Positions 60,408 through 64,000 of a DNA stretch of 64,000 nucleotides are shown piece after piece. The position numbers and the translations under genes are program-made. The notes beneath the pieces were generated by a model, which saw only the letters and a program-made list of their open reading frames with translations, was not told the origin of the DNA and made no database searches. Each line of letters starts with the position of its first letter. Within the stretch, counting starts at the first letter, position 1. The stretch is from an uncultured Candidatus Rokubacteria bacterium. GTDB lineage: Bacteria > Methylomirabilota > Methylomirabilia > Rokubacteriales > DASRDR01. Location: assembly GCA_963826115.1 (NCBI GenBank), contig CAWGVS010000006.1:320001-384000 (forward strand). Reading direction: 5' to 3'.

Positions 60408-63400
60408 CGCGGCACGCCCGGCGCGCCGGCCTCGGAGTCGCCTTGGCCCTGATGGCGTTCGTGTGCCTGGCGGCGGCGTCGACCGAGGCGACGACCTTCC
60501 CGCCCGGGTTCGGCCAGGATGTGATCGCCGGCGGGTTCAACAGCCCGACGGTGTTCGCCTTCTTTCCGGACGGCCGGATCATCGTGGCGGAGAAGCCGGG
60601 CGTCGTGTGGCTCATCAAGAACGGCGTGGTCCAGCCCGTTCCGTTCATCAACGTGAGCGACCGGGTCAACTCCGCCTTCGACCACGGCATCCTCGGTCTC
60701 GCCGTGGACCGGGACTTTCCGGCCCAGCCCTACGTGTACCTCTACTACACGTACGAGAACGATCCGGTCACCTGGGACGGACCGAAGACCGTCCACCTCA
60801 GCCGCGTCACCGTGACGGGGGACACCGCCGACCCGAACAGCGAGGTAGTGATCCTGGGCACGCAGGCAGGGGTGCCCTGTAACCTCCTCGCGGCCGGTTC
60901 GGATTGCATCGCGTCGGACTCGGGCTCCCACTCGGCAGGCAACCTGAAGTTCGCGTCCGACGGGACCATTTTCCTCACGGTCGGTGACGGGGCGGATTTC
61001 AACGTCGTGAATCCCGACGCACTCCGCGCCCAGAACCTGGACCTGCTGAACGGCAAGCTCCTACGCATCACGCGGGACGGGCAGGGGGTCTCGACGAATC
61101 CCTTCTGGACGGGTGATCCCAACGCCAACCGGTCGAAGGTGTGGGCCCTGGGACTCCGGAACGCTTACCGGCTCAATCTCCGACCCGGCTCGGACATCCC
61201 GTACGTGGGAGACGTGGGCTGGGGCAACTGGGAAGAGGTGAGCGCCGCCCCGGCGGGCGCGAACCTCGGCTGGCCCTGCTACGAGGGGTCCGGTCAGCAG
61301 GGGGGCTATGCCCCGGATCCGATCTGCCAGGCGTTCTACGCCGGTCTGCCTCCGCCTGTCCCATCGCTCGCCTCGACGGGGGTCATCATCGCCAAGGTGG
61401 CCGAGTCGGTCGGGGCGGGGGCGTCGGTGAGCGCGATCCGAGACGCGGACAAGCCGCCGGTCGGCACTAACGACCCTACGCGTCAGTACGACAGCTACAA
61501 CGGCGGCAATCCCGCGACCGAGGACTGGATCGGCTACACCTTTGGGGCGTCGCACACTTTCAACCAGGTAGTGTTCCAGGAAGGCATGCACTTCTCGGAC
61601 GGCGGATGGTTCAACACCCTGAACGTGCAGGTACGCCAGGCCGGGACGTGGGTGAACGTCCCCGGGCTGGTGATGTCCCCGGCCTACCCGGGTAACAACG
61701 GAGTCAACTTCGAGACGTTCACGCTGACCTTCACGCCGACCACGGGCGACGGGATCCGGCTCTACGGGGCGCCCGGCGGGTCCGCAGCGTTCATCTCCGT
61801 CGGCGAGCTCGAGGTCTACGAGGTCGACGGGAGCGGCGGTGGCGGTGGCGGCGGTGGCGGTGGCACGCCGGTCGAGACCGGGGTCACGGCCCAGGCTCAG
61901 GCGGCCATCGCCAAGGTGCCCGCGTCGCTGGGAGCCGGCGGGTCTCTCGCCGTGATCCGGGACGGGGACAAGCCGCCGATCGGGACCTACGCCCCACCCC
62001 GCCAGTACGACAGCTACGACGGTGCCAACGCGGCGGCGAACGATTGGGTCGGCTACACGTTTGCGAGCCCGCAGAACTTCGACCGCCTGGTGTTCCAGGA
62101 GGGCATCAACTTCGGGGACGGCGGGTGGTTCAACACGCTGACGGTGCAGGTCCAGCAGAACGGGACGTGGGTGAACGTCCCCGGGCTGGTCATCACCCCG
62201 GCCTACCCGGGTAACAACGGAGTCAACTTCGAGACGTTCACGCTGACCTTCACGCCGACCACGGGCGACGGGATCCGGCTCTACGGGGCGCCCGGCGGGT
62301 CCTCGGCCTTCATCTCCGTCGGCGAGCTCGAGGTGTACGCGCTCGTCACGCCGCCCAGCTCGCCGCCGGGCTCGCCCGGCTCACCCACGCAGCCGTTCAT
62401 CCCGCACCGGCCGCCGGTCTGGGAGTACGCGCACAACGGCCTGTCGGCAGCGGTGACCGCGGGGGCCTTCTATACGGGCACCGCCTATCCGGCCCAGTAC
62501 CAGGGCGCCTACTTCTTCGGTGACTACAGCCTGAGCCTGCTCCGCACGATGCGGGTAGACACCAACGACGCCATGGTGCCGGGCAGTCTGTTCGAGTTCG
62601 CGCAGAGCGCCGACGGACCGGTCGACATCGAGATAGGACCGGACGGCCTGATCTACTACCTGTCGATCAGCGCGGGCGAGCTCCGGCGCATCCGGTACAC
62701 CGCCGGCAACACGCCGCCGGTCGCCGTCGCCTCCGCGACGCCGACCGCCGGTGTGGCGCCGCTGTCCGTGCAGTTCTCCAGCGCCGGGTCGAACGATCCG
62801 GACGGTGATCCGATCACCTACAGCTGGGACTTCGGGGACGGTCTCACCGGGACCGGGCCGTCGCCGCAGCACACGTATCAGCTCCCGAACGGCATCAAGA
62901 CCGCCACGCTCACGGTGCAGGACAACCGGGGTGGCGCCTCGTCGAAGAGCGTGACGATCACCATCGGCAACCTGCCGCCCATCCCGTCGATCGGGACTCC
63001 TGCAGCCTCGTTCCAGTACAAGGTGGGCGACGTCATCGCGTACTCCGGGTCGTCGACGAACTCGCCGGGGGACCCGGTCCCAGGGGCGACCCTGACCTGG
63101 CAGATTCTCCTCCACCACTGCCCCGGGGGGGCGTGCCACACGCACCCTTACTGGTCGAGCACCGGCGCGAGCGGCAGCTTCACGGTCCCAGACCACGGTG
63201 ACGACAGCTACTTCGAGTTCGTGCTGACGGCGACGGACTCTGCTGGGCTGTCGGCCACGGCCGCGCGGGACATCCTGCCGAAGCCCGTCGCGATCACGCT
63301 GGCGACGGCCCCAACGGGCCTTCAGGTGGTGTACGACGGGACGACCGCCACATCGCCGTTCACGAAGACCACGATAGTCGGTTCGACGCACACGATCACG

Positions 63401-64000
63401 GCGCCGATATCCCAGGGGCCGAACACCTTCACATCGTGGTCCGACGGGGGCGCGCCGCAGCACGAGGTGACGCTGGGCACGACGAACGTGACGTACACCG
63501 CCACCTTCTCCGGCGGAGTCACGTGTCCCACCGGTCAGTACAAGGCCGAGTACTTCAACAACGTGAACCTGACCGACACCCCGGTGCTCACCCGCTGCGA
63601 GACGACGATCAACAACAACTGGGGGACCGGCGGCCCCGGGAACGGGGTCCCCAACGACAACTTCTCGGCTCGCTGGACGGGTCGCTTCACCTTCGCGGCC
63701 GGCTCGACCACGTTCACGACCGTGAGCGACGACGGCGTCCGGCTGTGGGTCGACAACGTCCAGCTGATCAACCGCTGGACGGATCATGGGTCCACGACCG
63801 ACACGGCAACGCAGACCATCACGGCGGGCGATCACGACGTCAAGGTGGAGTACTACGAGCGCGGCGGGGGGGCGGTCATCCAGGCTAGCTGGGTCACCAG
63901 CCAATCCTCGTGTCCGGTGGGTCAGTATCGCGCCGAGTACTTCAACAACGTCAACCTGACCGGCACCCCGGTGTTCGCGCGCTGCGAGACGACGATCAAC
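60404..64000 (+). CDS. Giant secreted PQQ-dependent sugar dehydrogenase (GSDH)-like protein with two inserted beta-sandwich modules, PKD and PA14 repeats (partial, runs off the window)
   Basis: Manual translation from GTG 60404 has no stop: signal peptide, PDGRIIVAEK, SHSAGNL, VGDG, GKLLRI, GLRN, NLGWP, PKD (YSWDFGDG), PA14 (FSARWTG, SDDGVRLWVD). Confidence 0.88.
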   Translation, partial: MTRHARRAGLGVALALMAFVCLAAASTEATTFPPGFGQDVIAGGFNSPTVFAFFPDGRIIVAEKPGVVWLIKNGVVQPVPFINVSDRVNSAFDHGILGLAVDRDFPAQPYVYLYYTYENDPVTWDGPKTVHLSRVTVTGDTADPNSEVVILGTQAGVPCNLLAAGSDCIASDSGSHSAGNLKFASDGTIFLTVGDGADFNVVNPDALRAQNLDLLNGKLLRITRDGQGVSTNPFWTGDPNANRSKVWALGLRNAYRLNLRPGSDIPYVGDVGWGNWEEVSAAPAGANLGWPCYEGSGQQGGYAPDPICQAFYAGLPPPVPSLASTGVIIAKVAESVGAGASVSAIRDADKPPVGTNDPTRQYDSYNGGNPATEDWIGYTFGASHTFNQVVFQEGMHFSDGGWFNTLNVQVRQAGTWVNVPGLVMSPAYPGNNGVNFETFTLTFTPTTGDGIRLYGAPGGSAAFISVGELEVYEVDGSGGGGGGGGGGTPVETGVTAQAQAAIAKVPASLGAGGSLAVIRDGDKPPIGTYAPPRQYDSYDGANAAANDWVGYTFASPQNFDRLVFQEGINFGDGGWFNTLTVQVQQNGTWVNVPGLVITPAYPGNNGVNFETFTLTFTPTTGDGIRLYGAPGGSSAFISVGELEVYALVTPPSSPPGSPGSPTQPFIPHRPPVWEYAHNGLSAAVTAGAFYTGTAYPAQYQGAYFFGDYSLSLLRTMRVDTNDAMVPGSLFEFAQSADGPVDIEIGPDGLIYYLSISAGELRRIRYTAGNTPPVAVASATPTAGVAPLSVQFSSAGSNDPDGDPITYSWDFGDGLTGTGPSPQHTYQLPNGIKTATLTVQDNRGGASSKSVTITIGNLPPIPSIGTPAASFQYKVGDVIAYSGSSTNSPGDPVPGATLTWQILLHHCPGGACHTHPYWSSTGASGSFTVPDHGDDSYFEFVLTATDSAGLSATAARDILPKPVAITLATAPTGLQVVYDGTTATSPFTKTTIVGSTHTITAPISQGPNTFTSWSDGGAPQHEVTLGTTNVTYTATFSGGVTCPTGQYKAEYFNNVNLTDTPVLTRCETTINNNWGTGGPGNGVPNDNFSARWTGRFTFAAGSTTFTTVSDDGVRLWVDNVQLINRWTDHGSTTDTATQTITAGDHDVKVEYYERGGGAVIQASWVTSQSSCPVGQYRAEYFNNVNLTGTPVFARCETTIN
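61642..62340 (+). repeat. Intragenic direct repeat, 519-bp period; 107 bp identical (61677-61783 = 62196-62302)
   Basis: Base-by-base comparison by eye. Confidence 0.9.
63524..64000 (+). repeat. Intragenic PA14 domain repeat, 387-bp period
   Basis: CPTGQYKAEYFNNVNLT..PV..RCETTIN at 63524 recurs as CPVGQYRAEYFNNVNLT..PV..RCETTIN at 63911. Confidence 0.85.

Noticed and set aside
61835-61864. (GGY)10 tract as a phase-variation switch
   Set aside because: A trinucleotide unit keeps the frame and mixed GGC/GGT codons encode a Gly linker
61642-64000. CRISPR array or DGR template/variable repeat pair
   Set aside because: The repeats are in-frame protein-domain duplications; there are no spacers, no adenine-specific mismatch pattern and no cas or reverse transcriptase gene in the window

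Overview
Very GC-rich bacterial chromosomal DNA, densely coding and mostly on the + strand. The gene content (many Liv-type ABC systems, a multi-GAF kinase, acyl-CoA metabolism) is reminiscent of Ca. Rokubacteria/Methylomirabilota, but that is inference only. Contents in order: (1) 222-14897: apt, Spy/CpxP-like protein, 3-hydroxyacyl-CoA dehydrogenase, acyl-CoA dehydrogenase, Liv-type ABC system, a 6xGAF hybrid histidine kinase, a lone trpD and DUF4126. (2) A GT-C-like membrane protein, a lipoprotein and a GNAT-like hypothetical. (3) 19598-32248: etfBA plus a split B12 acyl-CoA mutase with isobutyryl-CoA mutase signature residues, two acyl-CoA dehydrogenases, a crotonase, a CoA ligase and a ferredoxin reductase. 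(4) 33614-50063: CoA-transferase, acyl-CoA ligases, two more Liv-type ABC systems and a cysteine hydrolase. (5) 50148-59643: a compact type II PKS/FAS-like cluster with two KS/chain-length-factor pairs, one ACP, an LpxL-like acyltransferase, a GT2, a MacB/LolCDE-type exporter and a papain-fold lipoprotein, but no KR/DH; this is the best candidate for an undescribed system. (6) 59877-end: a degenerate thermonuclease-like exported protein coupled to a giant secreted PQQ-dehydrogenase-like/PKD/PA14 protein that is absent from the ORF track because it runs off the window. No rRNA, tRNA, CRISPR array or mobile element was seen. All product calls are from motif reading by eye; no database searches were run.
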